A stretch of 64,000 nucleotides of DNA. It comes from the human T2T-CHM13v2.0 reference genome, Homo sapiens. The stretch lies in NCBI RefSeq assembly GCF_009914755.1, contig NC_060940.1. One strand, 5' to 3'. Below, piece by piece: positions 27,433-39,810 of this stretch (positions are counted from its first letter, which is position 1; every line of letters begins with the position of its first letter). The notes beneath the pieces are model-generated. The model ran no database searches. It was not told the origin of the DNA and saw only the letters and a list, made by a program, of their open reading frames with translations. The position numbers and the translations under genes are program-made.

Positions 27433-28710
27433 CGAGGGGACTTCAAAAATTCATGGAAAATGTATATTATGAAAAAACTGTGCATAAATTTCAATATTTT
27501 TGCACCTAAATAAACTCGTACTAGTTTGTTATAACATACGTGAACAAGATCTACTTTGAGGCACTCAGAAGGACAGGACAGCAGTTTGAGAAGAGCCCCT
27601 ATCAAAGCGATATGTATTCTGCTAATACTGAAGCAAGAACAATCATCAAATTCATGGCGAAACTTGGCGGTGGAAGTATGGTGAAATCTTGATGCTTTAC
27701 AAAATGTTTATGGGAACAATGCCCAAAATAAATTAGCAATTTCAGTTTACAAATCAATAACTCATTTTATAAAGGAATAAGATTATGTTGATGATGAAGC
27801 CTGCAATGGCAGACTATGCACATCAATTTGCAAAAAAAAAAATGGTCTTGTTTATGCCCTAATTGAAAAGAACTGATGATTAACATCAAAAACAGCAGCC
27901 AACACCATAGACATCTCAACTGATTCAGCATACATAATTCTGATGGAAAAATTAAAGTTGAGCAAACTTTCCACTTGAGTGCCCAAACTACTGTACCCAC
28001 ATCAGCTGCAGACAAGAGCAAAGCTTTCAATGTAAATTTTCAGTAAGTTCAATCAAGATCTTAAAGGATTTCTTGGGAGAATTTTAACAGATGAAACACC
28101 GCTTTAACAGTATCATCAGAAAGACCAAGCACAGTCAAAACAATGGCTACAGAGAGGCAGAAGTGGTTTGGTCAAGAGCAAAGGTCATGGCAACAGATTT
28201 TAGGATGCTCAAGTCATTTTGCTTGTTGACTTTCTGGAGGGCCAAAGAATGATATCATCTGCTTATGAAGAAAGTGTTTTGAAAAATTTAGCCAAATGTT
28301 TAGCAGGAAAATGACCATAAAATTCTCAACCAGGGTGTCCTGCTCCACCACAATAAAGCTCCGGCTTTGTCCTCTTATCAAACAATGGCAATTTTGCAAA
28401 AGTGTCAATGGAAAATTACTAGGCATTCATTTTACAGTCCTGATTTTTCTCCTTCTAACGTCTTTTTTTCTTAATCTTAAATTATCTGTAAAGGACACTT
28501 ATTTTTCTTCAGTTAATAATATAAAAAAGATTACATTAATGTGATCAAATTCCTAGGACTCTCAGTTCTTTAGGGATGGACTACACGGCTGGTGTCATTG
28601 CTTACAAAAGTGTCTTGAACTTGATGGAGCTTAGGTTGAGAAATAAAGTTTATACTTTTTATCTTTATGTTTTAACTCCATTTCCCATGAACCTTTTTAA
28701 AGTCCTCATG
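27433..28710 (+). mobile_element. Near full-length Hsmar2 mariner DNA transposon (inactive)
   Basis: TIRs cgaggggacttcaaaaattcatggaaaatg and catttcccatgaacctttttaaagtcctcatg followed by TA. About 1.28 kb, with an internal transposase relic. Confidence 0.93.
27612..28646 (+). pseudogene. Disrupted Hsmar2 transposase coding sequence
   Basis: Begins MYSANTEARTIIKFMAKLG. Contains gatgaaac (first catalytic D region) and tacagtcctgatttttctcct (YSPDFSP, cf. mariner YSPDLAP), and ends gttgagaaataa. Multiple frameshifts and stops; no long ORF in the track. Confidence 0.85.
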
Positions 28711-29147
28711 TATGTCTGCATGTGTGTGTATATACATACATACATATATAGAGAGAGAGCGTGGGGGATTTAGTTATAAGGAATTGGCTCATGCATTACA
28801 GAGGCTGAGAAATCCTAAGATCTGGAATCAGCAAGTTGGAGACCCAGAAGAACCAATGGTAAAATTCTAGTCCAAGTCCAAATGCAAAGGCAGAGGAGCA
28901 CTGATGTCCCAACTCAAAGACAATCAGGCAGAGAGGAAGAAGTTTTTCTTACTCAGCCTTCTTTTCTATTAGGCCTTCAACATATTAGTTAAGGCCCACT
29001 CACCCTGGGGAGGAAAATCAGCTTTGCTTAGTCTACCAACCCAAAGTTAGTCTAACCTAAAAATATCTGCAGACACATCCAAGAATAATTTATTGTTAGA
29101 AAATGTCTTTAATTTATCCTTGATTTGGTAGGTTATTTTGATTTTTT

Positions 29148-29280
29148 AAATTGACAAGTAATAATTGTGCATATTCATGGGGTACATAGTGATATATCAG
29201 TACATATAATATACAGTGACCGGATCAGAGTAATTAGCATATCGATCATCTCAAACATTTCTCATCTCTGTGTTGGAACC
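29148..29280 (-). mobile_element. Short L1MA 3'-end fragment inserted in MLT2
   Basis: aattgacaagtaataattgtgcatattcatggggtacatagtgat...gatcagagtaattagcatatcgatcatctcaaacattt is reverse L1MA 3'UTR. Confidence 0.75.
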
Positions 29281-29849
29281 AGAAATAATTTTCAACGAAA
29301 TATCTGTGCATTCGATGGCCCCGTCAAGTTGACATATAAAATTAACTATCACAATTTGCATTTTAGCAGTTTAAGCATTGTTTTCTATAATAATCTAATC
29401 TTTTTTCTGATGAGTTTGTTCAGTGACTTCAGCCATATTTTTCTGTTTTTTTTTTCCTGTAGATCTCAGAGCCCAGAGTCCCCTCTTCATGCAAGTGCGC
29501 ACACACACACACACCCCCACAATTTTGGACTATCATTGAGATAGATCTGCACACCACTTTTACTCCTTTTAGCTCTGACTTATTTCAGGCCTGAAAGTAA
29601 ATATAGTTCCCTTCCCTTGGTATCTGTTAGAACAGCAGTTTCCAAAGTGTGTTCAGAGCATGATAGGTTCCGTGGTAGGCAGATAATAACATTATAGGTA
29701 AATGGTTGCTAAAGAGAGGGATAAATGGGAAATAATCTGCAAAAGAGCTGCATGTCTAAATTGTTGAGAAGCACTGAATATTATGCCTTTCTCTTGAATT
29801 TTTATGATTTATTTTGATAATGCATATTACATAGTAAGGGCTCTGAAAA

Positions 29850-30400
29850 GTATTTGTTCATTTCTTCAATGTATATCTATTGAGTGTCTACCATGTTTAA
29901 GGCACTGTTTTTAAGCACAGGGAATAGTTATTTATGAAATATTTCTCACTCTCATGAAGCTTGCATTTTAGTTAGAGGAAACAAAATAAATGAATGAAGA
30001 TAAGTAAAGCAGGCAAGGAACTAAAGCATTGAGAAGCATGCTATTTCATAAGGGCATTCGGAGAAACAATCTTTGAAAAAAGGATATTTTGAGCAAAGCC
30101 TAAATGAAGAGAGGGTGCAGGACACATGGATATATAGAAGAGCAATGCAACAGTCCTGAAAGGGGAGTATGGTTCAGACATTTCAAAATGATCACAGGCT
30201 GTGTGACTAGAGCTACCTAGGAAGAGAGGTGGGAGATGAGACCAGTGCGTTAGTAAGGGGCCAGGTCATCTATTTTAGAAGCCAGGGTGAGGACATCAGA
30301 ATTAATTATGTGCAAGAGAGCAAGTGGTTGGAAGGTTCTGAAAAGGAGAGTTACATAATCTGGCTAACGTTCTAGAAGGATCGCTCAATGAGGCTTACAC
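29850..30400 (-). mobile_element. L2 LINE relic
   Basis: tctattgagtgtctaccatgtttaaggcactg...ctctcatgaagcttgcattttag...tttgagcaaagcctaaatgaagagaggg...ttggaaggttctgaaaaggagag. Confidence 0.75.
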
Positions 30401-31306
30401 ATTGTGAGGCCAGGCGAGAGTGTAAGCAAGTCACCAGCTAGGAAGTGACCCCAAGGGTCCAGACACCACAAGACTGGGGACTGGGATAGCTTTGTAACAA
30501 ATAGAGGATGTCTGGAAAAGTGAAGAGATTATAAAAGTATGTCATTCTCCAGTCAGACATTTTTTTAATTTTATCTAATCCCGAGGCTCTTGGATTTCTT
30601 TGCTCATTGCCTTCTCTCCAATTGGCTCTCCCCTCCATTATTTTTCAGAGTTAACAGTTTAAATTTAAATTAGTGTTTTAGCTTTTTACTAGTAAATATC
30701 ATGCAGTTAATCCTTATGTCTAATATATTTCTATTTCAGATTATCCTTCTGTGTGTCCTGTTTGTATGCAAGCATCCATAGGAGTGGTCACATAAATCAA
30801 CCACTCATAGTTTTAAGTGGGTTTGTTTATTTCTTTTTTGTATGTGAAAATCTGTCAGTGTGTTCACTTCCCAATAGGGATTTAAGGCCTCAGGGTCAGG
30901 GACGACACTACCCTTCTGTCTTCTGTCCAGTGTAAGCCTCAGTGTGTGTTCAACTTTCAGATACCTGAATATGTTTGTCACTTCCTTTATGAAGACCTTC
31001 TTGAACACACATGAAGTCGAAGATGCTCCATTCTGGGTCCCTTCAGAAAGGCCTCAGTGTATCTCTGTTCTGGCACCAACACTCTCCATCACTATGCCAT
31101 GAATGTGGGTACAAACCTCTCCTGCTGCACCATAGGCTTCTGGAAGCAGGGATTGTTCATAGCTATCATTGTGTCAGCAAAATCTCTCACCATGAATGAC
31201 ACCAAGCAGTTATGAACAAATGCCTGATGAGTGGCTGGAAAGTTTTCATTCTTTACTGGTTTAAGAAATATTAATTTATTGGTTTGTTTGTTTAAAATAT
31301 TTGTTG

Positions 31307-32034
31307 GCACTTTGCAGATGCCACTTCCACTGATGTCACCACTGCCACCTTGTTCTTTAACTTTGTAGTCAACGGTGAGCACTTGGGCCATGTCTCCTTC
31401 CAGCTGTTTGCAAAGTTCCAAAGACAACAGAAAATGTTCATTTTGTGAGCACTGGAGAGAAAGGATTTGGCTATAAGTGTTCCTGTTTTCACAGAATTAT
31501 TCCAGGGTTTATATGCCAGAGTGGTGACTTCACATGTCATGATGACACTGGCACAAGTCCAACTACTGGGAGAAGTCTGATGATGATAACTCCATCCTGA
31601 AGCATACAAGACCTGGCACCTTGTCCATGGCAAATACTGGACGCTACACAAATGGTTTCCAGTTTTTCATCTGCACTGCCAAAACTGTGTGGTTGGGTGG
31701 CAAGAGTGCAGTCTTTGGCAAGACAAAAGAGGGCTTGAATATCTTGGAAGCCATGGCGCACTTTGCTTTCTGGAATGGCAAAACCAGAAAGAAGACCACG
31801 ATTGACAACTGTGGACAACTCCAATAAATTTAACTTATGTTTTGTTTTAACTACCAGACTAATTTTTTTATAGGCAAGAGAACATTCCTCCACTCCATTT
31901 GCTCAAAATATCCTATAATCTTTGTGTTCTTGCTGAAGTTCTTTTGGTTCCACATTTTCCTTAGTCTGCTCCACCTCTAGCAGATTGCAGAGTTAAGTTT
32001 ATGATTATGAAATAAAAACTATATAACAACAAAA
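31307..32034 (+). pseudogene. PPIA: Processed pseudogene of cyclophilin A (peptidyl-prolyl isomerase A)
   Basis: Intronless copy with 5'UTR remnant tttgcagatgccac and coding motifs [29 protein letters not shown] and [28 protein letters not shown]...DNCGQLQ* (stop 31827). PPIA-like 3'UTR, AATAAA at 32011 and decayed A tail. Frameshifts and lost start codon. The symbol denotes the parent gene. Confidence 0.95.
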
Positions 32035-32187
32035 GTAATATTTACTGAATGCTTACTAATCCAAGGAAAATGATGCTAAATACACACACACACACACACA
32101 GATGCACGCACACTCTTACATTCTTAGATTTATATAGGAAGATATAAATTAGATATAGATATATATAAATATAGATATAGATACAAA

Positions 32188-32613
32188 TGGCTATGGTTTG
32201 GATATGATTCGTTTGACCCCATTAAGCCTCATGTGGAAATTTGATCCCTGATATTGGAGATGGGGACTAGTATGAGGTGTTTGGATCATGAGGGTAGGTT
32301 TCTCATGGATGGGTTGGTGTCATTCTCCTAAGTGTGAGTCAGTTGTCACTCTTAGTTTTAATAACACGTTGTTGAAAAGACCCTGGCACCTCCTATGCTT
32401 TCTGTCCTGCTTCCTTCCTCTTACCATATGATGCCTGCTCCCCTTCTCCTTCCACCATTAGTAGAACTTTGAGTGCAGCCCTCCCTAGGTGCAGACACTA
32501 GCACCATGCAATTTGTACAGGCTGCAGAACCATGAGCCAAATAAAATCTCTTTTTTTATAAACTATTCAGCCTCAAGTATTCTTTTATAGCAACACAAAC
32601 AAACTAAGGCACA
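32188..32613 (+). mobile_element. MSTB-like MaLR solo LTR
   Basis: gctatggtttggatatg...ctcatgtggaaatttgatccc...gctgcagaaccatgagccaaataaa...cagcctcaagtattcttttatagcaacacaaacaaactaag. Confidence 0.85.
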
Positions 32614-32615
32614 GA

Positions 32616-32630
32616 TACATACATACATAC

Positions 32631-32682
<52 letters not shown>
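32616..32682. repeat. (TACA)n/(AT)20 microsatellite
   Basis: Direct reading; the pure AT run is 32643-32682. Confidence 0.9.
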
Positions 32683-32685
<3 letters not shown>

Positions 32686-33497
32686 CATCTGTTGGAAGAG
32701 ATGGTTAAGTCTATAGAGTTTTACAATGTATGATAGAAACCATTATCTGATTGATCATGACGCCATGCTTTTCATTTAATTCCTTCAAGCAAATATAGTT
32801 CTGCCAATTACCTTATTTTTTCTCATGGCTTTTTTCCCCACAGACACTGCTGTATTTAGAAGTTTCTATTTTACTTCATTAAAAACTACAAAACCAATCT
32901 ATGTCATATACCAAAATATTTGAAATAACTCTATATATTTATTGAAAAATAAAGGAGGGGAATGATTGTCATGAGAGCAGAGCTCAGACATGTCTTCATC
33001 AGCCTGGGAAAGAAAATGATGGAGGAGGAGGTGTAGACTGTTCTGGCAGGAAGTGAGGACAGCAATTGCTGTAGCAACTCAGAGGCATTTCTGAAGCACA
33101 CCCCAAGCATCCGAGCTCAGCAGATCCAGGGGGCTATGGCAGGCAGAAGCATGTTCCTGTGCTAGGGGGCCTCCTATTCTTTCAAAATAAAGAGACAATT
33201 TCTTTCTTGGGAGGGTGAGGAAAACAATAAATGTATGTGAAAAATAAAGTATTGCTTAAGCATAGAATGTTTTTGGAGAACAATGATTCATTCAATGGGA
33301 ATTTTTTCAAAAGTGAGCAGGAGGAAAATCTAGAAGGCAAGGAATGTTGTGGGTATTCAGATAGCAAGTAGTTCAGAATAATTGGTCCTCAAGTGCTACT
33401 GAGGATGGTAATAAATAAATGGAAGGGGTGGACCAGAGTTTGGACACTGTCCAATGAGTGCAGTGGGTAGAAATTGGTGGAGCTTAAATATCTGTTT

Positions 33498-33648
33498 GGG
33501 CTTGGCACAAGGCTGTAATCTCAGCACTTTGGGAGGCTGAGGCAGGAGGATTCCTTGACACCAGGAGTTGGAAGCTACAGTGAGCTATGATTGGGCCACT
33601 GCACTTCAGTCTGGGTGAGGGTAAAATCTTGTCTCAAAAAAAAAAAAA
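33498..33648 (+). mobile_element. Alu monomer (FRAM-like)
   Basis: Single ~135-bp monomer with ggaggattccttga...gctacagtgagctatgat and an A tail. Confidence 0.8.
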
Positions 33649-34949
33649 TCCCATTTAGTGAAATGGTTGAGTTTGATTTATCTAGGATTGTCTCCCCAGT
33701 TTTTCCTACAGATGCTGTTGACTCTGATACCAACATTTTTCTCAACCAGTGCAGAGAAAAGTATCAGAAGATAAATATATTGAAAAACAGATCAGGGCAT
33801 TCATCAGAGAACACTGAGACCCATGTGATTAGAGAACATAAGATATGTCTCATAAAGATAATACACACAAAGGGCTTGATGAATCGGTACCATGATGTCT
33901 TTCAGTTGGTAGATGGGAATGAACTGAATTAAATGCTGGGAAATGTTATTTGTGCTTCCAAATTTCTTGCACTTGCTTTATCTGAAGTTCTTGTGTCATT
34001 GTGAGGAAAAAATTAATACTGATGCAAGTGACAAAAAGGGCAGCTAAAATTTGTAAGAGAGTAAATCATAATTATCTTTATCATAATTATCATCGACATT
34101 CCTGTGCTCAAACAATTAAACATATCTCACATATTTTCTCTTCAGACCTAAAAGTCAATACAACAATAGCAGTGAGCCTATGCATTTAAGGAATACATTA
34201 AATATAATAAAATGATGTGTATGCAAGTTAATATCTAACAGTGATAGCTAAGCTGCTTCTGTCTTATAAGCAATATCTTTTGTGAATGGTGTTTTCAGGT
34301 TATAGTTCTCTCTCTTTTTAAAAGAAGTCCTGTAAAGAAAATCTCTGTTTCTTTTCTGTGGCCAATAATTTTGGAGGACACTGTATGTTCTATTGTTTGT
34401 ATCCACCTGAAACATTCATTAAATAATTGAGGAATGGGAAAAATGCTTATCTCCATATTAACTGACATGGTTTCTCTTTCTATAGGCTATGCATTAATCA
34501 AAAATTGACTGCTGCTTTTGGCCTTAATATCGAGGATGCCAAGAGATAGATTTACTGCTAAAGTCACAATATTAATTTTCGAGGATATTTTTTCCTTCCA
34601 TTTCAATGCTATTTTTCTTTATGCCTACTATTTTATCATATGCCACTTCAAATCAGCCTTGGAAATGGATGGAATATAAATGAATATATTAGCAAGCAAC
34701 AGCATAAATAAATGGGAGATGAGAGAGAGTAATATGGAAATTGTAAGATCCAAAAGGGTAATTCTTCCTGTGTAAATTATAATCAGCAAATATAACTGGT
34801 GCCTCAGAAGTAATGCATTGTCCTAAAACAATGATTTGAAAATAGAAGCAGAAATTTTTGACAACTATTAAGAGGTGAGGGAAAGGGGAATGCATCAATA
34901 ATGTATGTGAAGAAACCCTAGAAATTGTTAAGATGCCATAATTTACTAA

Positions 34950-35620
34950 TATCACTATGTCAAAAAAAATAGCTGGTAATGCTGCATTTTGACCAAGTGG
35001 GAAACAGACAATGCTCAACATGGTTAAATGCAGTGAAAATTGATGCAACCATTTTGTAAGGCAATTTAGCAATATCTGTCAACATTTCACACACGTATAT
35101 TTTTGACCCAGCAACTTTTTGAATGTGCACAATACATTCACTTACCCAGCGGTACAAAGGTATTCATACAAAGATGTTTGTTAGTAATAGCAAAATTCTA
35201 AAAAATGTTTTAAGTATCCATCAATAGTGGGTCAAATAAATGATGGCATTATATATAGCAGAATTTTATGCAACCAATAAAAAGAATGAAGCAGATCTTT
35301 TTGTGTAAGGATGGGAATTTTTTAAAGTATTTAACTTAAAATGTTGGAGAATATATATTTACTTACTAATATATTTGTTTATAAAAAACCATCATTTTTA
35401 GTCAGACGTGTAGACTATGATGATAAAGAAGAAATAGGTCGATCAAATAGACACATAGATAGATTGGCTTATATACACAAGATACTCTTAATAGTCATGC
35501 TTCTAGGGAATGAAACTGGTGAAAAGATTCATAGAGTGACTTTTATTGTTTAATTCATTTCCATTCTGAAGTGTTTAATTTTTTTCCACAAATATATATA
35601 ATTATTATGATAATTGTAAT
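34950..35620 (+). mobile_element. Old L1ME 3' relic
   Basis: aattgatgcaaccattttgtaaggcaatttagcaatatc...ttttgacccagcaact...aagtatccatcaatagtggg...gcaaccaataaaaagaatgaagcagatc. Confidence 0.65.
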
Positions 35621-37914
35621 GAAAACTAGCTTTAGAAAAGAGCTTATGGAAAGCAAATAACTGTAAATCACCAAGGGGAACTACACTGTATAATATCTTC
35701 AGCAAAGTCCGTGATAGAGAGTGCGCATTCATTATGAAATTAACCAACATATAGATGTATATGTCTAGTATTGCTATGGCAAAATATAGGAGGAAAGTAT
35801 GCTTACTGTGGTCCACATACCAGGCTTAGTATCATAAGGTAGAAAACATTTTCAAAGACTGACTCCATTTCTGTTTTTCAGAGTAAATGCCGTTTTGTCA
35901 ATGAAAGAGGGATGCTTGCGATGATGTGAAGGATGTCTGAGAAGAGGTGTATTTCTGAAGGAAAGAAAGAACACAGCATACTCCTTGGATAAATCTCATT
36001 TTCTTCCTTGTTAAGCCTTTTTTTCCCATTGCATTCTCTACAAACCCCTGGCCCACTCTTTCCTCCTCTTTCTACTTCCTTCCTTTCTCACCTGTACCCC
36101 AAACTATATTTGTAAACTCTTGCAGTGTTACTTTTGCACAGGGCTTGAAATATTTAACACCTTTGTTTTTAATACATGAGAAAAATAAGATCTATAGGAA
36201 AGGAAACAACTTAACCAGTTTGAACAGGTAATTGATAGACTACAGTCCTCTCTCAAATGTTTACTAATGACACATATGCATGGAGATGGGAATGTATACA
36301 TACACACACACACATACACACACACACAAACACACGTATTGACTGGTTGAAACATGACAGTTCTCCAGTACCTGGGAATTAAAGGAGGGTGCATTAGCCA
36401 TCCCTACCTTTACCTCAATATCCATTTTAGGAAGGATTAGAAATTAATTTACATGATTGAACATACCAAGGGCTTTGAAAGCAGAAAAATATGAAATTCA
36501 GATTTTTCACTTCTTCATCCTGGAGGTTCAGTTTTCCCAACACTAAAATGAGGATAGTAACACCAAACATGGGAATTGTTGAAGTGATCAGTGAAATAGA
36601 TGCTGTATTATAGGCCTAGCTCAGTTTATGCTCTTATCTTAAGATTCTCTCTCTGGAAACCAAACCACCCCTGGAATGGGCTCTGGTGGTCCTTACATGA
36701 ACATAAGGCATGCATAACCCCTTTGATATTGTGAGTGTTTCTCTGCATATGAGCATTCTTTTCTTCAGGGAAAAGTTCCTAACTTTTATTAGATTCTCAA
36801 AGTTGTCTGTATTTCCTATTATTTTAAGAAAACTGACTTAAATAGAAGGTGTAATTGCGAATGTTAACAATAATAATTACAAACACCATAACATTACTAA
36901 TATTTCACTACAAACAAATAATAATAGTATTATTATTAATATTCAATTATCTGAACATGAGCCAAAATTGGTGGATGAATCACATTTAAATCATCGGGTG
37001 CTTTGCTTTCACCAGGTAAAAAGTTCCAATTTCTTCTTATTACATTAAATCTTAAGAACCTATTTCACTCTTATCCACAAAAAGGAACTCATTTCCCCTA
37101 GAAAGGCAGGCTAATGAGGTCTGCTTAATTTATAGCTGGGTCCATTTATGTGGTGGTTTCATTAACAAAGACATCTATTTAATTCAATAGATTCCTACAC
37201 GTGGTACACATAGAAGACACTACTACCCCCATTCACTCCCCATCCATTCATTACCCTAATGCTTCTGACACACACAAACAAACCTTGTTTTACAAATTGC
37301 TTAGAGATTTGATTATTGCATCATGCATTTTGTTGTAACAAGAAAGGTGATTTAAAATCATTAGTCCTAAAATTTAGTCCTGTGTGTGCTTTGAAGTCAA
37401 GGGGAACAATTTGTCAGCTGGTTGATCTTTTGCTTCTAAAGCTAGTTAACTGATCAATCTAATGTCAAAGGAACAGAGATAAATGGGAGACATTTTACTA
37501 TGTAGAAAACGGTACATGAAGATAAATCCAACACTGTGCTTTATTTCATCTGCAGTTATCTTTGTAGTAATTGCTTTGGAAGACTCAAGGTGCTCTTTGC
37601 ACATAGGGAGTGTTAGAAGCCTTTAAATCATCTGCATAGACTAGTAGCTTCTTGCTGCGAATCTTGCTTTGCTCCATTTTTGGGTAGAGAGGACAATAAT
37701 CTCCTACTATAAATGCAAATTTGGCAAGGACCAAAGGTTGGGATTCTTGACTAGTTGTTTATTGAACAATCAATTCATACATTTCTGAAATTTCTTGACA
37801 TGCTTGCAAAGTAGATCCATTCCTTATTGAATTCATTTGATTTTCACTATGACCATAATGATTAAACTAGTTCTGGAGTAAACGTTTCCTAATGAACAGA
37901 TTTGGATGTACCAG

Positions 37915-38406
37915 CTGTTCCAGTTATCTCTGTACAAAACAACCCCCCCAACTATCTGGCTTAAAACAAAAGACATATATTTCATAATTTTGTAAATCAA
38001 AAATTGAAATTGAGTGACAACAGCAAAGGAAACTTAAAAATATTTAGCCATCAATGAACTGTAGGGTCCAATATACCTTCATTTACATGTCTGGTACCTT
38101 GGATGCAGGGAATGATTGGAAGGCTTGTCTAGTAGACTCAGCTGTGACTGCCAATCAGAGTACCTCCATTTGGCTTCTCCAACAAGAAGTATCAGATAAA
38201 CTTCTTACTTGACATCTCAGGGCTCTCAGAGAGTTCTAAAAGGCCATACTGGAAGCTGCAACAGTTCTTATCAGAGTATCAGTTGCTACTAGGTCAATTT
38301 ATGGACAAATCACTCAGGTCATCTCAGACTCAAGGTAAGAGAAACTAGACTCTACCTCATAGAGAAGAGAAAAACACGGTATCCATATCCTTCTTTAATC
38401 TACCAC
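37915..38406 (-). mobile_element. Old MLT1 (H/K-like) MaLR LTR
   Basis: ttccagttatctctgtacaaaacaacccc...tggcttaaaacaa...ttcatttacatgtctggtacc...cagactcaaggtaagagaaactagactctacctc...tttaatctaccac. Confidence 0.6.
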
Positions 38407-38592
38407 TCCAGAACATTTTGATTCTATACAAGACCCATTATCAAATCATTCTGCTGCCATCACCTCAAGGTTTTATATGTTTTAGAATGTTCAGCAAGAC
38501 AGATCATGGTCAGGGTAAAAGAGCAGTAATTGGTTAAGTAGCTATTATTCTGACAAGCTACAAAAGGGACTTGCATTTTCTTAACTCTCAGA

Positions 38593-38629
38593 AATTTTTT
38601 GTATTTTTAGTAGAGACGGGGTTTCACCG
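38593..38629 (-). mobile_element. 37-bp internal AluY fragment
   Basis: The reverse complement CGGTGAAACCCCGTCTCTACTAAAAATACAAAAAATT equals the recalled AluY left-monomer end plus linker. No other Alu sequence adjoins it. Confidence 0.85.
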
Positions 38630-39649
38630 AGAAACATCTTCTTACTGAAAGTTATGTGAACACCCATTAGAAACCAGGGAGAGAGATTTCATTTCTTCCA
38701 GAGTAGGTTCAATGCCTAGTTTTACCCTATCAGAATTTTGTCCGGGGCACTTATCCAGTGACAATTTTTTTTTCATAAGAGCTATTTTTCGTAAGACTGC
38801 CCAAAATCTTAGGAATGATCCAATTTTCCAGTAATGACTAATATATTAAGATGCATATGAAGGCTCCTCTTTCATTATGATAGTCACCCTCTCACCATTG
38901 CCTACCGAATACTGTCTCAACTCATCGAACTGCCTGACTTTTCACAACGAAGCCTTTAAAGTTTATTCAAAACTTCTCTCCTCACATTCACCCTGTCCAC
39001 CAGCGAGACCACCCCTCCCATTGTCTCCAGAATAAATATGGTGTTCCCACCTCTGGGAAAGTTAACAATGACAATTATATCAATTGCTAATATTTGTTGA
39101 ACACTTACATCACTTGTTTGCTCTTTAGGCTACGTTGATTGATGTGAATTGCAATGGACACTCCGATGCCGTTGGGAAGCACTTCTTGTCTGTTGTACTC
39201 AACACAAAGAACTGTCCACTCTTGATATTTTTTTTGTAAAAGCCTGTATCATGTCTTCCCAGACAAATGTTCCAGGAAAGTATGAGATTTTGTCTCGTAC
39301 TACTTGTTTTCACACACAATGTCTCACACAGAGCAGGCACTCCACAAATAAATTACTAGTCCAGCAACCCTTTATTACACAACTGTTACATACTCCATGC
39401 AAACAAGGAAAGCAAGTTAGAACAAATGAAACACAACTTCAGGAATAGTTTGTTGTTCATTTGAATTTGCTGATATTTTTATGTTTGACTTTAGAGGAAT
39501 TTGAATGATTTAGGTCGGAATTGCATTTCTACAGCTGGCTGGCAGGACAACTTTGAACAGTCTACAGAGCTCCTATTTTCCTCTCTCTGAAGTGAGGGTA
39601 ACAACTGGTAAAAGTGTTGTATGTCTAAAATCACAAAAGTGATGTAAAG

Positions 39650-39810
39650 CTTTACTTTTCAAATTTTCTTGTGCTTAAAAATCATCTGGAATCTTGTAAA
39701 AAGGGCTGTGGTCTAAAAGAAAGAGCCTGAGATTCTGCATTTCAGACAAGCTCCCAGAGAAGGTAAATGATGGCCCATCGGCTACAGCTTGAGTAGCAAT
39801 GCTATAAAGC
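39650..39810. mobile_element. MER5-like hAT relic
   Basis: aatcatctggaatcttgtaaaa...gcctgagattctgcatttcagacaagctcccag...cttgagtagcaatgc. Confidence 0.6.

Larger units (their letters stand above)
27312..29353 (-). mobile_element. MLT2 (B/C/D-like) ERVL solo LTR, split by Hsmar2 and an L1 fragment
   Basis: The reverse complement starts TGTGATAGTTAATTTTATATGTCAACTTGAC. The other end is tgtattagtgtgggtttctcagagaaa. Near-TSD atttc/atttg. Confidence 0.85.

Noticed and set aside
31092-31893. Three 111-119 aa minus-strand ORFs
   Set aside because: They are antisense shadows of the PPIA pseudogene, with no independent gene signals.
32986-32996. p53 half-site AGACATGTCT
   Set aside because: No adjacent second half-site.
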